DNA of 64,000 bases from Candidatus Hermodarchaeota archaeon (GTDB lineage Archaea > Asgardarchaeota > Lokiarchaeia > Sigyniarchaeales > SOKP01): assembly GCA_048885925.1 (NCBI GenBank), contig JBHLLG010000007.1:1-64000 (forward strand), given 5' to 3'. Below the pieces are notes generated by a model that worked only from the letters and a program-made list of their open reading frames with translations, had not been told where the DNA came from and searched no databases. Both the position numbers and the translations under genes were made by a program. Positions 22,104-33,306 of this stretch are shown here, one piece after another. The stretch's first letter is position 1, and every line of letters starts with the position of its first letter.

Positions 22104-22301
22104 AATATTAAATCCTTAATTTTATAAATTTTCTTTATTTTCACTTAAAAATCCTACTGATAAGCTATAACCAGTATTTGAATTATTGTATCTTATTTGT
22201 AATCTATGAATAATACTAAAGATTTATAGAGATAATCACCATTAATATGATAGCAACATGATTAATTTCTTTTAGATTAAATTGAGTGGTAACACAAAAT
22301 T

Positions 22302-23582
22302 ATGAGTAAGGATTTGAAAAATTTAATTAATACTGTTGAAAAAGAAGCCACCAATACAACTGAATTAGAACAAAAAATTCAATCTTTAAAAGAAGAAATA
22401 AATAGATTAAATTTTACTGTTAAAGAACAAAAGATACTAATCGAAAATTTGAAAAATCGATCATTAGGGCAAACAGAGGGACAAAATGAATTACCTAGCG
22501 AAATCCAAATCCTTAAAGACATAATTATTTCACAAAGAATAGAGCTTGATAAAAAAGATACTGATATGGAAAATTTACTCGAAAAGATTGAAGAATTAAG
22601 TTCTGGATTAGATCTTGGCAATAAAGTAAATCAAAAAATAATTAATCAGGAGCAATTACTTGATGCTCAAAAACTTAATATTCAATTATCTGAAGAAAAT
22701 GAAGAATATAAAAAAGAAATTGAATTATTAAAAAACCAAATTAACGATTTAGAAATAGAGAAAAGTGGAATGGGAGATGTTGAAGAAGATGATCAACAAA
22801 ATGCGGAAAATGAAGAATTAACAAATATAAAAAGACTAAACTTTCAACTAATGGAACAAAATGGATTACTTCGTTTAGAAGTAGAATCTTTAAAATCACA
22901 GATACAAGGATTTTTAGAAGACGCAAATTCAGAAGAATTGAGATTAGCTAATGAAAAAAATGATATATTATTATCAAAATTGAAAGATTATAAAACACAA
23001 ATCGAAAACTTGAAAGAGCAATTGGAAATATCTAGTGAACCTGCTATAATCTCAACAGCGGATGCGTTAGAATTTACTGAAATGAGAAATCAAATAGATA
23101 ATTTAAATTCTGAGCTATTAAAATTGAAGGAGGAAAATCAAGAACTTAATAATACAATAAATAATTTAAAAGCACAAATGCTACAAGTGAAAAATGAAAA
23201 AATTCAAACAATAAGTAGCATTAAAGAACTTCCAAAAAAGTATCAGTCCTCTTTTTTCGATATTATGTATTATTTACTTGAAGAGGATAAAAAACAAATT
23301 ATCATAGATTTACTAATTCAAAATTTAAATAGTAAATATATTGAAACAAAAAGAACAGCGATCAAAATATTAAGTAAAATAAAAGAAAATAAAGTCTATA
23401 ATGCCTTTCTTGAAGCATTAAATGATAAGAATTGGTTGATTAGATATAGTATTATTAAAGCTTTGAGTGAATTTGAAGAGAAAAGTGATGATTTAAAAGT
23501 AATATTAAACAAATTTACAAGAGATACCGATGTAGATGTTAGAGAGCTTGTATTAAAACTTTTAAGTGATATTACTGAATAA
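22302..23582 (+). CDS. Long coiled-coil protein with C-terminal HEAT repeats
   Basis: Heptad-rich E/K/Q/L region; ALNDKNWLIRYSIIKAL and DTDVDVRELV HEAT-like repeats. Confidence 0.75.
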   Translation: MSKDLKNLINTVEKEATNTTELEQKIQSLKEEINRLNFTVKEQKILIENLKNRSLGQTEGQNELPSEIQILKDIIISQRIELDKKDTDMENLLEKIEELSSGLDLGNKVNQKIINQEQLLDAQKLNIQLSEENEEYKKEIELLKNQINDLEIEKSGMGDVEEDDQQNAENEELTNIKRLNFQLMEQNGLLRLEVESLKSQIQGFLEDANSEELRLANEKNDILLSKLKDYKTQIENLKEQLEISSEPAIISTADALEFTEMRNQIDNLNSELLKLKEENQELNNTINNLKAQMLQVKNEKIQTISSIKELPKKYQSSFFDIMYYLLEEDKKQIIIDLLIQNLNSKYIETKRTAIKILSKIKENKVYNAFLEALNDKNWLIRYSIIKALSEFEEKSDDLKVILNKFTRDTDVDVRELVLKLLSDITE

Positions 23583-23680
23583 TATTTAAGTTATACAAAC
23601 CAATATTTTTTTTAGACGTATTAATTAAATTTAATTCTCTAAATTTAACTATATAATTATTCATAAAAGGATATTATATC

Positions 23681-23944
23681 ATGCCTAGAAGACTATTCAC
23701 ACCGAATAGATGGAATTGGTCTCAAAAGGCTGAAAAATGGGTGTATGTTAGAATCAATAAAGAAGGTAAGAGAGAATATCTTTATCAAATAGAACCACCT
23801 AAAGAATTTGTCAATTTAACAATTAAAATAAAAAAACTAAATGAAAAATTATTGGAAACTGCAGATCCGGATGAAAATGTGAAGATTTTCAATGAGATTA
23901 TTGAAATATCTAAAAAGATGCAAGAAATGGGGAAATCTATTTGA
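23681..23944 (+). CDS. Small hypothetical protein
   Basis: 87-aa ORF with AAAGGA SD-like sequence upstream. Confidence 0.6.
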   Translation: MPRRLFTPNRWNWSQKAEKWVYVRINKEGKREYLYQIEPPKEFVNLTIKIKKLNEKLLETADPDENVKIFNEIIEISKKMQEMGKSI

Positions 23945-23952
23945 ACTTTCAA

Positions 23953-24693
23953 TTATTGAACAATTTCTTTTACTTTTTCTCGAGAATAGTAGTCTGCTAA
24001 ATAAAGCGGTTCGGGTTGTCTATGTTCTTTCGTTGTGAGCAAACATATATTTAATGCAGTATCAATATCAACTTTATACCCTTCACTTACGAAAACAGGA
24101 TTAGAAGCATCTTTTAAACAGACAGCGTATCCAAGAAGTTCATTTAAAAATCCTTTAAATTTATTAATTGGCTTTCGTGACCATACTGGTGCTTTATAAC
24201 CTTTAAATTTCTCTATTCTGTTCCAATCAGAATATCCAATAAACATTTTTTTTGCAACACCAATTGTGGGAATATTTAGAGCGATACCAAGATGAATTGC
24301 TTCTCCAAATCTTCTTGGATGAATTTTTCCGTGTCCATCACATAATATTAATTCTGGAGGACTAGGAAGTTTTAAAATTGCTGCTGCTAATATTTTACAT
24401 TCTCGAAATCCTAAAAATCCTGGTTTATATGGGAAATTTATCTTATCTTGAGCAAAGCAGGATATTTCAATTTTACCTTGATCTACGTCCCAAAGAATGG
24501 CACATGCAACTCCATATTCGACCTTCTTCTTATTATAATATGACACATCTACTCCGGCAATAGTTTTAATTGACTTGAAATTGTCAACTTTACTCTCTTC
24601 TCTAGTTTTGATTAATTTTTGAAATTTATTTTGAAGAGATTTAGCTTCTTCAAATGAGTAATCATCTCTTAATAACTCATACAAAATTGGCAT
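23953..24693 (-). CDS. nfi: Endonuclease V
   Basis: AGVDVSY, FPYKPGFLGFRE, LCDGHGKIHPRRFG, PTIGVAKK, PEPL. Confidence 0.95.
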   Translation of the reverse strand: MPILYELLRDDYSFEEAKSLQNKFQKLIKTREESKVDNFKSIKTIAGVDVSYYNKKKVEYGVACAILWDVDQGKIEISCFAQDKINFPYKPGFLGFRECKILAAAILKLPSPPELILCDGHGKIHPRRFGEAIHLGIALNIPTIGVAKKMFIGYSDWNRIEKFKGYKAPVWSRKPINKFKGFLNELLGYAVCLKDASNPVFVSEGYKVDIDTALNICLLTTKEHRQPEPLYLADYYSREKVKEIVQ

Positions 24694-24851
24694 TTTAAAA
24701 CTATATTTAAATAAATCTTATGAATTATTACTTTCAATTATCCTATAATTATTCTTAATCTGATTTTTAACTTAAAAAATTAATAGCTATAAATAAAAAA
24801 TTTACATTAATTAAAAAACAATTATTACAAAAAAAGGAAAAAAATAAAAAA

Positions 24852-25655
24852 ATGAAGATCGCAGTTTCAGGGAAAGGTGGAGTAGGAAAGACATTAGTTT
24901 CTGGTATTTTAGCAAGAATGTTTGCAGCAGATGGATTTAAAGTATTAGCAATCGATAATGACTCAGCAATGAATCTTAGCTATACCTTAGGTATTGATGA
25001 AGAAATAAAAAAGCAAATTGTCCCAATTAAAGAAATGAAGTCAATGATTGGGGAAAGAACGTTTGTAAAAGGTGCTGGTCCTGGAGTATATAATATAAAC
25101 CCAGAAGTTTCTGACATACCAGATAAGTTCAAGGTTTCTGGTCCGGATGGTCTACAATTATTAGTATTAGGGGGAATTGAGGAGCCAGCTACAGGATGTT
25201 TATGCCCTGAAAATGCTTTGATAAGAACTCTTTTATATAATTTGTTTGTGAAACGAGATGAAGTTATCATAGTCGATTTTGAAGCAGGTATAGAACATTT
25301 AGGCCGCGGTACGGCAAAAGGCATTGATTTAATGTTAGTTATAACTGAACCATCCCAAAAATCTTTAGATCTCTGCAAGAAAATCATTGAATTATCTAAA
25401 AAGTTAGGTGTAATCAATATTTATTTAATAGCTAATAAAATAACAGATGAGTCCCAAATTGATATTATTAATCAAAGAATAATGGATTGGGATGTTCCCC
25501 TATATCATTCGCTTCCTTTTGACCCAGAAATAGGAAAAGCTGATTTAGAAGGTATCTCTCCACTAGATTTCAATTCAAATTCAGAAGTAATTAAATCTAT
25601 TAAAAATCTTTATCTTAAATTAAAGAAATTAAAACAAGAATTATTTGATATATAG
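24852..25655 (+). CDS. cooC: CooC/AcsF-family nickel insertion ATPase
   Basis: MKIAVSGKGGVGKT, GCLCPEN (CxC), DFEAGIEHLGRGTA. Confidence 0.92.
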   Translation: MKIAVSGKGGVGKTLVSGILARMFAADGFKVLAIDNDSAMNLSYTLGIDEEIKKQIVPIKEMKSMIGERTFVKGAGPGVYNINPEVSDIPDKFKVSGPDGLQLLVLGGIEEPATGCLCPENALIRTLLYNLFVKRDEVIIVDFEAGIEHLGRGTAKGIDLMLVITEPSQKSLDLCKKIIELSKKLGVINIYLIANKITDESQIDIINQRIMDWDVPLYHSLPFDPEIGKADLEGISPLDFNSNSEVIKSIKNLYLKLKKLKQELFDI

Positions 25656-25714
25656 ATTGTAAAAACCTTCTTATTACCTAATTATATTTTAAAATAATCA
25701 TTTAAAAAAGAGAT

Positions 25715-26239
25715 TTACCAGATATGGAGAAAATAAGTCATAATATATGATAATATTAATCCAATAAAGAAATGAATACCCCAACTTTTAAAATGATAAA
25801 TAACTTTTTCAGAGTGCAATACTTTATCTTTATAGCTTTCCTTCTCCTTAAATTTTATCATAATTAAATTAATAACCACTAAACCAATAACATAAATCGG
25901 TTGTAAGAAATATATTGAAATAAGAATTTGGATTGGGGGATTCCCTCCAAAAGTCATATGAATGTGACCTCCAATATTGACTAGCTCAATTAGAAATCTG
26001 AAAAGTATGTAAGAAAGGGGATACATTCCAAGAAGGATTGCAGTTTTAATGTTTTTGCGATAAATTAGAATCATAATAATTACAACTTCGATGAGAATTA
26101 ACAAATTAATAATAGACCAATACTTAAAACTTGTTGGATAATAACACAGCTGTGAAATTATAAAAAGTATGTAAAGGTTAGGATAAATTAACAAAATAAG
26201 GTATCGGTTTCCTTTTTTGAGATCTTGCTTTTCTTGCAT
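25715..26239 (-). CDS. Membrane protein of unknown function
   Basis: About 5 hydrophobic segments. Confidence 0.55.
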   Translation of the reverse strand: MQEKQDLKKGNRYLILLIYPNLYILFIISQLCYYPTSFKYWSIINLLILIEVVIIMILIYRKNIKTAILLGMYPLSYILFRFLIELVNIGGHIHMTFGGNPPIQILISIYFLQPIYVIGLVVINLIMIKFKEKESYKDKVLHSEKVIYHFKSWGIHFFIGLILSYIMTYFLHIW

Positions 26240-26320
26240 AAAAATCTATTGAAGATTTTGAATATGTTATAATTTAGAAAATTAATTTAAATCTTTTGAT
26301 CTTAATTTCATTTTAATAGT

Positions 26321-26563
26321 TTAGATAACATCTGTAAGATCTAAATTTTGGTCTTCAGCGAGTTCTTTCCATTGGTCTATTGCTTCTAATGCTTCTTTCT
26401 CATTCATCACTTCTATAGCATAACCAGCATGAACAATAACGAACTTTCCAACCTCAGGATTTTGAATTAAAGCAATAATAACGTTTTGCTTAATCCCATC
26501 AAAATCTACTAATGCAGAATTTCCATTAATTTCTAAAATTTTTCCTGGTATAGCCAGACACAT
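26321..26563 (-). CDS. hypC: Hydrogenase maturation chaperone HypC
   Basis: MCLAIPGKI, VDFDG, VIVHAGYAI. Confidence 0.96.
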   Translation of the reverse strand: MCLAIPGKILEINGNSALVDFDGIKQNVIIALIQNPEVGKFVIVHAGYAIEVMNEKEALEAIDQWKELAEDQNLDLTDVI

Positions 26564-26659
26564 GAAAATTCTCTAAAAAAATTATCAATAAGTAATTTTT
26601 ATAATCTATCCCAACAAATAAAAGTAATCTTTTTATGAAATAAACATGGTAAGTTTATT

Positions 26660-29600
26660 TTATCTCGTACTCTGAATGAATTGTTTTTCAGCTTCTTTTA
26701 TTTTCTGCCATTTTTTCCTTTCCGAACGTAGTTTGAAAAGATCTATATCCTTATAAATCAAATCTTCCTGTTTCGCGGGTATAACTCTTTCTGTACGTTC
26801 CTTTTCTGGAGTATAAATAAGTGAATCACCATAATCTGCCACATTAGCAAAAAAAGTATATGCATAAACTGACCTCCGCGCATCAAAATGAACTGCTTTA
26901 AAATCAGCTGTAACTGGCGTAAAGGCTGGATTTAATATAATATCAACAGGGGGCTCGAAGTTTTTTAATTCAACTCTTAAATCCATATCAAGAAAATCAC
27001 GACAAATCGCAATAACCATTCTTCCATACTTAGTGTTACAAACGACTATTTTTCGAGGAAGATTACTTGTTTCTATTCTTTCTTTAAATTTTTTTCCTTC
27101 TAGACTTATAATGGCAGGGATATGCTTTTCTTGTTGCCAGAGGATTCCTTCAGGACCAATAACTGAGCTAATATTATTTTTTGTTTGTATTTCGTGATTT
27201 GACCCGGGAATAATATACATTTTATATTTTTTAGCTAAATTTATTATATCCTCAAAATGAAGTTTATATTTGAGATCAATCGTCATTTCAGGAAAAAGTA
27301 AAATGTTTACCTTTGCTTGATGAGCCTTTTCGACCATTTCCTTTACTTTTGAATAGATTGCATCCACTTTATTCTCTTTGAGAGTCAATAGACCTGTAGG
27401 ATTTTCATCATAAAACTCACTTAACATATCTCCGGTAGTAGAAATACCAATTTGAGCAATCCCTACTCTAAATCTATCAATTTGTTTTTCAGGTTGCCCC
27501 TTTAATAAGTCTTTATAGATCAATTTATATTTCTCTTTAATTATTTTGGTTTCTTCGACTAAATCATATTTTTGTGTATAACTCTGTACTTCACTTATTT
27601 TTGGAGATTGACTAGTTTCAATAGGACAAGCTGGAGCTATTATCCCTACAGTGGTTTTTGTTAGAGAAGGTTGTATTATCGTATTTAAAGCTGATACAAT
27701 AATAGTTTTTTCTTTCAATACCATATCTAATCTTTCTAAGAGCTCTTTTTCTTTATTCTTATAACCTGCTTTTGCATAGAGCTCAGCAGCAGATTTAAGG
27801 AAGCCAGATCCCAATTCTAAAAGTTTATTTCTATGCCCAAGTTCTATTTCTTGGTCTGCACTAATTAAGTGCCAACTTGCATCAAAATATATTGATGTGG
27901 CTAATGCCCACTCGGATCCATTTTCAAATCCACCTTTGTTATAATAAGTAGCTGCTTTTCTCAGTATTATTTTAATTTGTGGATATAGTTCTGCTTTTAG
28001 TTCTATTTTTGTAGTTTCATCAAATTTACAACCAAGCTCCAAAGCTTGGCAGAATGCTGAATTACCTAAAGAAAGCATTTTTAATTTATTTTCACTAAAT
28101 AGATTACTAGCTTTATCAAATAAAGATGAGGCGTTTGAATATTTTTGAAAATCATTAGAATTCTCAGCGAGTTCCATATTTTCCCAAGCTTTACAAAGAT
28201 AATATACTGCTTCTAATTCTCTTCTATCCCTTTCTATTTGAAACTTTTTACATATATTTTTGAATTGCGAAGCTGCGATAGAAAATTTCTCTCCTGCGGT
28301 AAGATGTTCTCCCTTTTTTCCAAAAATTCTCGCGTTTTCAACATCTACTCTCGCATTACAATAATTAATTCTAATTTTCGCAACATTAATCAATTTTTTG
28401 ATACGATCTATTTCTAATTTATCTTTAGATTTCTGCAAAACACCATCCAGAATTTTTAACGCATCAATATAAAACTTACTACTATCTATGTATTGTTGTA
28501 TAGCAGCTGAATGTTCTTCTTGTTTACTTAGATGTTCTGCTTCTTCTAAGTAAATCCAAGCATAATAATAAGAAGCTTCGAAATTATAACTCGGTAAATT
28601 TCTCAGGATCTGACAAGCTTTTTCATAACAATCTCTTGCATTAATATGGTTCTCTTCTTTGTGATATATTTTAGCAGTTTCTATTAACACCCAAGAATCT
28701 GCATATGATATTTTTTCTTTAATCCTTTCCATAAGTGGTTTGTATTTAACATTTTTTAATGATTTAGAGTAAAATTTTTGTGCTTTATGGTATAACTCAG
28801 CAGAAGACTTATTATTTCCTAATCTATCTTCTATACGAGCGATATACTCATAAGTAGCGGCAGCATAAGAATAACGACCACTTCCAATAGTTTCATCAAT
28901 TAAATTATAAAATATTTCTTTTGCTTGTTCTAAATATTCTAATTTTCCTGAAATTATACCAATATCTTCTAATAATAATCCTAATCGGATTTGTCCAATC
29001 AATTCTGCCGTATAAGTCTCTGGTGTATATTCTAAATATTTTCTAGAAGCTTCAGCAGCAGAAATCAACATTTTTATCTTATTTTCATCCTCGATAGCTA
29101 AATCTGCAAGAGTTTTGTATGCTCTATACATTGAAGAATAACCTGCTGCCCGAATGATTCCACCTTCATAGTTCTCGCCTATTTTTACTGCCTTTTGAGC
29201 ATAATTAAACATTTTACCAGAATAATTATTTTGTTCATCTTTTAAACTGGAAAGATGTGTTAATTCTGAATAAGAATACGTTAACATTTGGAAAGTCCAT
29301 GCTGAATATGGTAAATTGGGAGATATAAAACCTAGAGCTTGCTTAGCGTATTTTACACCTTGTTTAGCATAGGATTTTCTTTGAGGAATAGTAAAGAAGC
29401 TTCGTTGAGATATATTAGCATAATAAAAAACTGGTAAAAAATATGCATAAAAACCTAAAGGATGATATAATCTGGAAAAAATCTTTCCTATTTTTAACAT
29501 TTCATTAACATCATTATATATTCTTTTTTGAACATAATCTACTTTTCGCTGAAAAAAAGCCCACCAGTTAAGAAAAAATATTGCTGCATTTATTATCATA

Positions 29601-30493
29601 TTATTTTTAGCTTTTCTTGCGTAATTTAATCCTTTTTCTAGGAGGTTAATTCCCTTATTACACCAATCAATCTGCTCTATTTCATCCTTAATAAATTGAA
29701 TAGCATATGCACAATACATATCCCCATAAGCATAATATATCATACAATATGCTCTATCTTCTTCAAAATCTTTAAATAAATCAAGGAGTTCTCTAATTTT
29801 ATTGATTAGATTAATAATTAGATTTTTTAAATTATCATCCTTTTTAAAATTCTTATAAAAGATCTGAAAAAAAGTAGTTGGTATTAACGCATATATAATT
29901 TCACTTAAATATCTGATATTTTTTACTTCTATTACAGAATTAAAAGCTTTATCTATTAATCCTAAGAATTTTTGATATAAAAGATCATATTCAGATTCTT
30001 CAGATAGATAATGTACAAGCCAAGAGATGCAAAATAAAGCTCTACTCAGAGTTCTTGCTTTACTTTCATTGTCCCCTTTTTGGGAATATAAATCACTAGC
30101 TTCAAGGAAGGAGTTAATTGATTCTTCAAGTGAGTTCTTTATTTTTTCAATAGATTTTGGGATAAATACTTGAGCATATAATTTTTCTCCCATACATTCT
30201 AATTCTTCTTCTATAGAACCAATCTGATTAAATAATTTTATTGCTTTAGTATAGGCACTAATAGCTTTGCTACATCTATTATTTAAATCAGCTGCTGAAT
30301 CTACAATTTCTGAGGCCATCATACTAACAAAACCTAATTTTTTAAAAGCAATGGCAGCCTTCTCAATCATCCTGTTTTCTATAAAACAATTTGCGATTTG
30401 TTCATAAAGGTTTGCTGCCTCTATCCAGTTAAAATTATCTTCCTCTAGTTTTGCCTTTTCTAACAGTGCTTCCTCTTGCGTATTTTCAACCAT
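26660..30493 (-). CDS. TPR/alpha-solenoid protein with C-terminal carbon-nitrogen hydrolase (nitrilase-family) domain
   Basis: About 930 aa of Ala/Tyr-rich helical repeats, then RVGIAQ, FPEM (Glu), QEKH (Lys), ICRD (Cys). Confidence 0.85.
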   Translation of the reverse strand: MVENTQEEALLEKAKLEEDNFNWIEAANLYEQIANCFIENRMIEKAAIAFKKLGFVSMMASEIVDSAADLNNRCSKAISAYTKAIKLFNQIGSIEEELECMGEKLYAQVFIPKSIEKIKNSLEESINSFLEASDLYSQKGDNESKARTLSRALFCISWLVHYLSEESEYDLLYQKFLGLIDKAFNSVIEVKNIRYLSEIIYALIPTTFFQIFYKNFKKDDNLKNLIINLINKIRELLDLFKDFEEDRAYCMIYYAYGDMYCAYAIQFIKDEIEQIDWCNKGINLLEKGLNYARKAKNNMIINAAIFFLNWWAFFQRKVDYVQKRIYNDVNEMLKIGKIFSRLYHPLGFYAYFLPVFYYANISQRSFFTIPQRKSYAKQGVKYAKQALGFISPNLPYSAWTFQMLTYSYSELTHLSSLKDEQNNYSGKMFNYAQKAVKIGENYEGGIIRAAGYSSMYRAYKTLADLAIEDENKIKMLISAAEASRKYLEYTPETYTAELIGQIRLGLLLEDIGIISGKLEYLEQAKEIFYNLIDETIGSGRYSYAAATYEYIARIEDRLGNNKSSAELYHKAQKFYSKSLKNVKYKPLMERIKEKISYADSWVLIETAKIYHKEENHINARDCYEKACQILRNLPSYNFEASYYYAWIYLEEAEHLSKQEEHSAAIQQYIDSSKFYIDALKILDGVLQKSKDKLEIDRIKKLINVAKIRINYCNARVDVENARIFGKKGEHLTAGEKFSIAASQFKNICKKFQIERDRRELEAVYYLCKAWENMELAENSNDFQKYSNASSLFDKASNLFSENKLKMLSLGNSAFCQALELGCKFDETTKIELKAELYPQIKIILRKAATYYNKGGFENGSEWALATSIYFDASWHLISADQEIELGHRNKLLELGSGFLKSAAELYAKAGYKNKEKELLERLDMVLKEKTIIVSALNTIIQPSLTKTTVGIIAPACPIETSQSPKISEVQSYTQKYDLVEETKIIKEKYKLIYKDLLKGQPEKQIDRFRVGIAQIGISTTGDMLSEFYDENPTGLLTLKENKVDAIYSKVKEMVEKAHQAKVNILLFPEMTIDLKYKLHFEDIINLAKKYKMYIIPGSNHEIQTKNNISSVIGPEGILWQQEKHIPAIISLEGKKFKERIETSNLPRKIVVCNTKYGRMVIAICRDFLDMDLRVELKNFEPPVDIILNPAFTPVTADFKAVHFDARRSVYAYTFFANVADYGDSLIYTPEKERTERVIPAKQEDLIYKDIDLFKLRSERKKWQKIKEAEKQFIQSTR

Positions 30494-30725
30494 CTACTAT
30501 CAGTTTCTCAAAAAAGATGTTTAATTCTTTTCTTCCCTCAATAATCAAATTAAATGTGATTAATATAAAGATATTTCTTTTTTAATTTTATATATGTTTA
30601 AGAGTGTTATAATCTCTTTCTAATTTGTAAAAATAATAATCTCATTATCAATTTCAGACTAATGTTTATGAACTCAAGAAATATCAAATTTAATATTCTT
30701 GAATCTTCTTTATGAAAGGATAGAC

Positions 30726-31520
30726 TTATGGTTTACCGGAATAGAAAGCAATAAGGTCGGATAACCAATTAAAGATTTCTTCTTTTGAAAGATTATCAAT
30801 ATTAAATTTTAATCTTTCTAATTCTCTTATGATATTTTTAACATCTAATGGAACAGATCGCTGACATAACTCGAATAAAAATTCATTACTTTTTGTCACT
30901 AATGATTTTATTTCCAAATCCATGGCATCAAACATAGTTGAATTATCTAACTCATCTACCGTTTTGTTAAGATCTGCAAGGAGATTTATTAAATCAAAAA
31001 GTCTACTAGTTTCATTCCCTTTAAATGAACTATCAAATTGAAAGAAAAAACCTCTATAATCATCGATAGGAATTAACTCAGAATATTGGTTGGCTATTCG
31101 AATAACTGATTTTACATGCTTATACAAATTAGAAGGAGCCCAGGCATATAAATCAAAACTTGATTCTACCTCATTACTTCGGATGTCTAAATTAAATTGA
31201 TGTTCATCTTTGAAATATCCAAAAGGAATAATAACAAAATCCAATGAATTTATATCAGTTTTAGTTAAAGCAAAGTTTAAATCACCTATAGTATAACTCT
31301 GATCAATTGAATGTCTATATAAGTCAAATTTCACTCTTTTAAAAGCTGGTTTATACATATAAAATAATAACCCTTCGAATCCTTGAAGACTAAATTCTAC
31401 TGAAAAATGAATAATCCTTCTTATATTCGTTCCATTCTTAAATCTTATATTAAGAAATAAATGATAATAATTTTCAAAGTATTGGAAAAACCAAGGAGCA
31501 TCTCTCTTTAAATTAAGCAT
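30726..31520 (-). CDS. Hypothetical protein
   Basis: 264-aa ORF, no motif. Confidence 0.6.
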   Translation of the reverse strand: MLNLKRDAPWFFQYFENYYHLFLNIRFKNGTNIRRIIHFSVEFSLQGFEGLLFYMYKPAFKRVKFDLYRHSIDQSYTIGDLNFALTKTDINSLDFVIIPFGYFKDEHQFNLDIRSNEVESSFDLYAWAPSNLYKHVKSVIRIANQYSELIPIDDYRGFFFQFDSSFKGNETSRLFDLINLLADLNKTVDELDNSTMFDAMDLEIKSLVTKSNEFLFELCQRSVPLDVKNIIRELERLKFNIDNLSKEEIFNWLSDLIAFYSGKP

Positions 31521-31825
31521 GATAATATAAACTTTGTATTATTTTTGTTTTTTATTTTAAATAATCCCTTAGATAAATACAAGGATATTTTTTATTTATA
31601 CAAAATTCTCAAATTTCAAAATATTAGAAAAATCTTTATTATTTAAATCTTACAATCCTAAAAACAATGTTAAAAAAAAGAAGAATAAAAAATAGCTGTA
31701 TGTCGTCTAGTTCGATAATTTTTTAAGCAAATCATAGAAGAACTAACAATTAAACACAAATTTGATTAAAAGCAGATGTTAAAATTACCTTCAAAATGTT
31801 TTAGAAAAAGCTCATAATAAGTTTT

Positions 31826-32125
31826 TTACTCATCATGCTTTTCTTTTTTCTTTTTTTTATGAGAAGATTCAAAAAATAAAGATTTTTTCAATTTGAACTC
31901 AATCTTTCGTAATGTATCTTGTAGATCCAAAGTATCATAATCTTTCATAAGTAAATCTATCAAGCTATTCTTTAACGCTTCTAAATTATCAACTCCACAT
32001 TGATAATAGACACTATCGTGATCTAGTGCTAAATTCAAAATCTCAAATAATCCGTAAAGGGCATCCCGTACTTTATCATAGTAATCCCAAGCATCCTCAT
32101 CAAAATCATCGTCTGAATTACTCAT
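31826..32125 (-). CDS. Small hypothetical protein with acidic N-terminus and basic C-terminus
   Basis: 99-aa ORF. Confidence 0.55.
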   Translation of the reverse strand: MSNSDDDFDEDAWDYYDKVRDALYGLFEILNLALDHDSVYYQCGVDNLEALKNSLIDLLMKDYDTLDLQDTLRKIEFKLKKSLFFESSHKKKKKEKHDE

Positions 32126-32410
32126 AAACTCTCAATAAGAATGAATTTTGAATATCATATAAAAATTTTTAGTAAAAAATAAAAGATTTGTTGCTCATTC
32201 TCCTTTTTTTTGCAACTCGTTTTGCTATTGGATTTATTTATTTATCTAAAATTTCCACAAATTTTATAATGTAATTAAATTAACAGAGAATTCCTTCAAA
32301 TATGAAAAAATTCCTCTTTTCATATTTTTTAATGAAAATTTATTACTAATTTTTAATGTTAAATAGAAAAAAAATAAAAAAAAATAAAATATTTTAAAAT
32401 TTTCAGTTAT

Positions 32411-33289
32411 TTATAAACCAAGCTTTTCTAATACGCCAGATAATCTTGTACGATGAAATTTTAATCCTAATTCATCAGGATTAAATCCCATTGCTAAAGC
32501 ATATAATTCAGTTAAATATAATACTGGAATACTATATTCAGTTTCAAACATTTTGCCCAGATCTCTCTGACGAGTATCAAATTGTTGAAAACATGCAGGA
32601 CAATTTACAACAATAACATCTGCTCCGGTTTTTTTAATATTATCCATTTTTTTCTTTAAGTTTGCCATTCCATGCTCCTCATAGGCATTGGTTACTGCTG
32701 CACCACAACATAGTGCTAATTCTTCATAATCTACAACTGTAGCGCCAGAAGCAGTTACCAATTCTTTTAAATTAGTTGGTCGAATCGGATCATCAGACTC
32801 CATCCATTCAGCAGGTCGCATATAATGACAACCAGGATGAACTGCTACCTTCAGACCACTTAATTGCTTTGTTATTGCATTTCTAATCTTATCCTTACCT
32901 ACTTCATCTTTCAATACATCGACAAAATGTTTTACATCAATAGAACCTTTAAATTCCTTTCCAATTTTGGCTAACTCTGAATTAACCTTATCTTTCTTTA
33001 AATTATCATGCTTCAATTGATGTTGAACTCCCCTTAAAGTATTAGCACAGCCATTACACAAGGATACAATATCTTTTCCTTCAACTTCAGCAAGACAAAG
33101 ATTTCGAGCCCCTATTACCAACCAAGCATCATTATCAAAACTTTTCATACCAGTTGGATCTGGACAGCAAGAGAATGGCGCTTGAGAAGTTTCTATTCCT
33201 AGCTTATCAAAAACTTTTCTTGATGCAGCTTCAATAAAAGGGATTCTATTACCAATAGTACATCCCTCAAACATTTTATATTCAGTCAT
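32411..33289 (-). CDS. hdrB: Heterodisulfide reductase subunit B
   Basis: Two CCG-type domains: GC...CCPDP...CNGC and HPGCH...CCG...CPACFQQFD. Confidence 0.95.
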   Translation of the reverse strand: MTEYKMFEGCTIGNRIPFIEAASRKVFDKLGIETSQAPFSCCPDPTGMKSFDNDAWLVIGARNLCLAEVEGKDIVSLCNGCANTLRGVQHQLKHDNLKKDKVNSELAKIGKEFKGSIDVKHFVDVLKDEVGKDKIRNAITKQLSGLKVAVHPGCHYMRPAEWMESDDPIRPTNLKELVTASGATVVDYEELALCCGAAVTNAYEEHGMANLKKKMDNIKKTGADVIVVNCPACFQQFDTRQRDLGKMFETEYSIPVLYLTELYALAMGFNPDELGLKFHRTRLSGVLEKLGL

Positions 33290-33306
33290 TTTTAATTACC
33301 CTCGAG

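Noticed and set aside
24852-25655. ParA/MinD partition ATPase suggesting a mobile element
   Set aside because: The CxC motif and EAGIEHLGRG identify it as CooC-type, and hypC is nearby.
32411-33289. HPGCH in HdrB, and HDPCH in 50859-52199, also match HxxCH
   Set aside because: These are standard CCG-domain Fe-S motifs in cytoplasmic proteins without signal peptides, so they are not Ccm substrates. It does show that HxxCH alone is not proof of heme binding.
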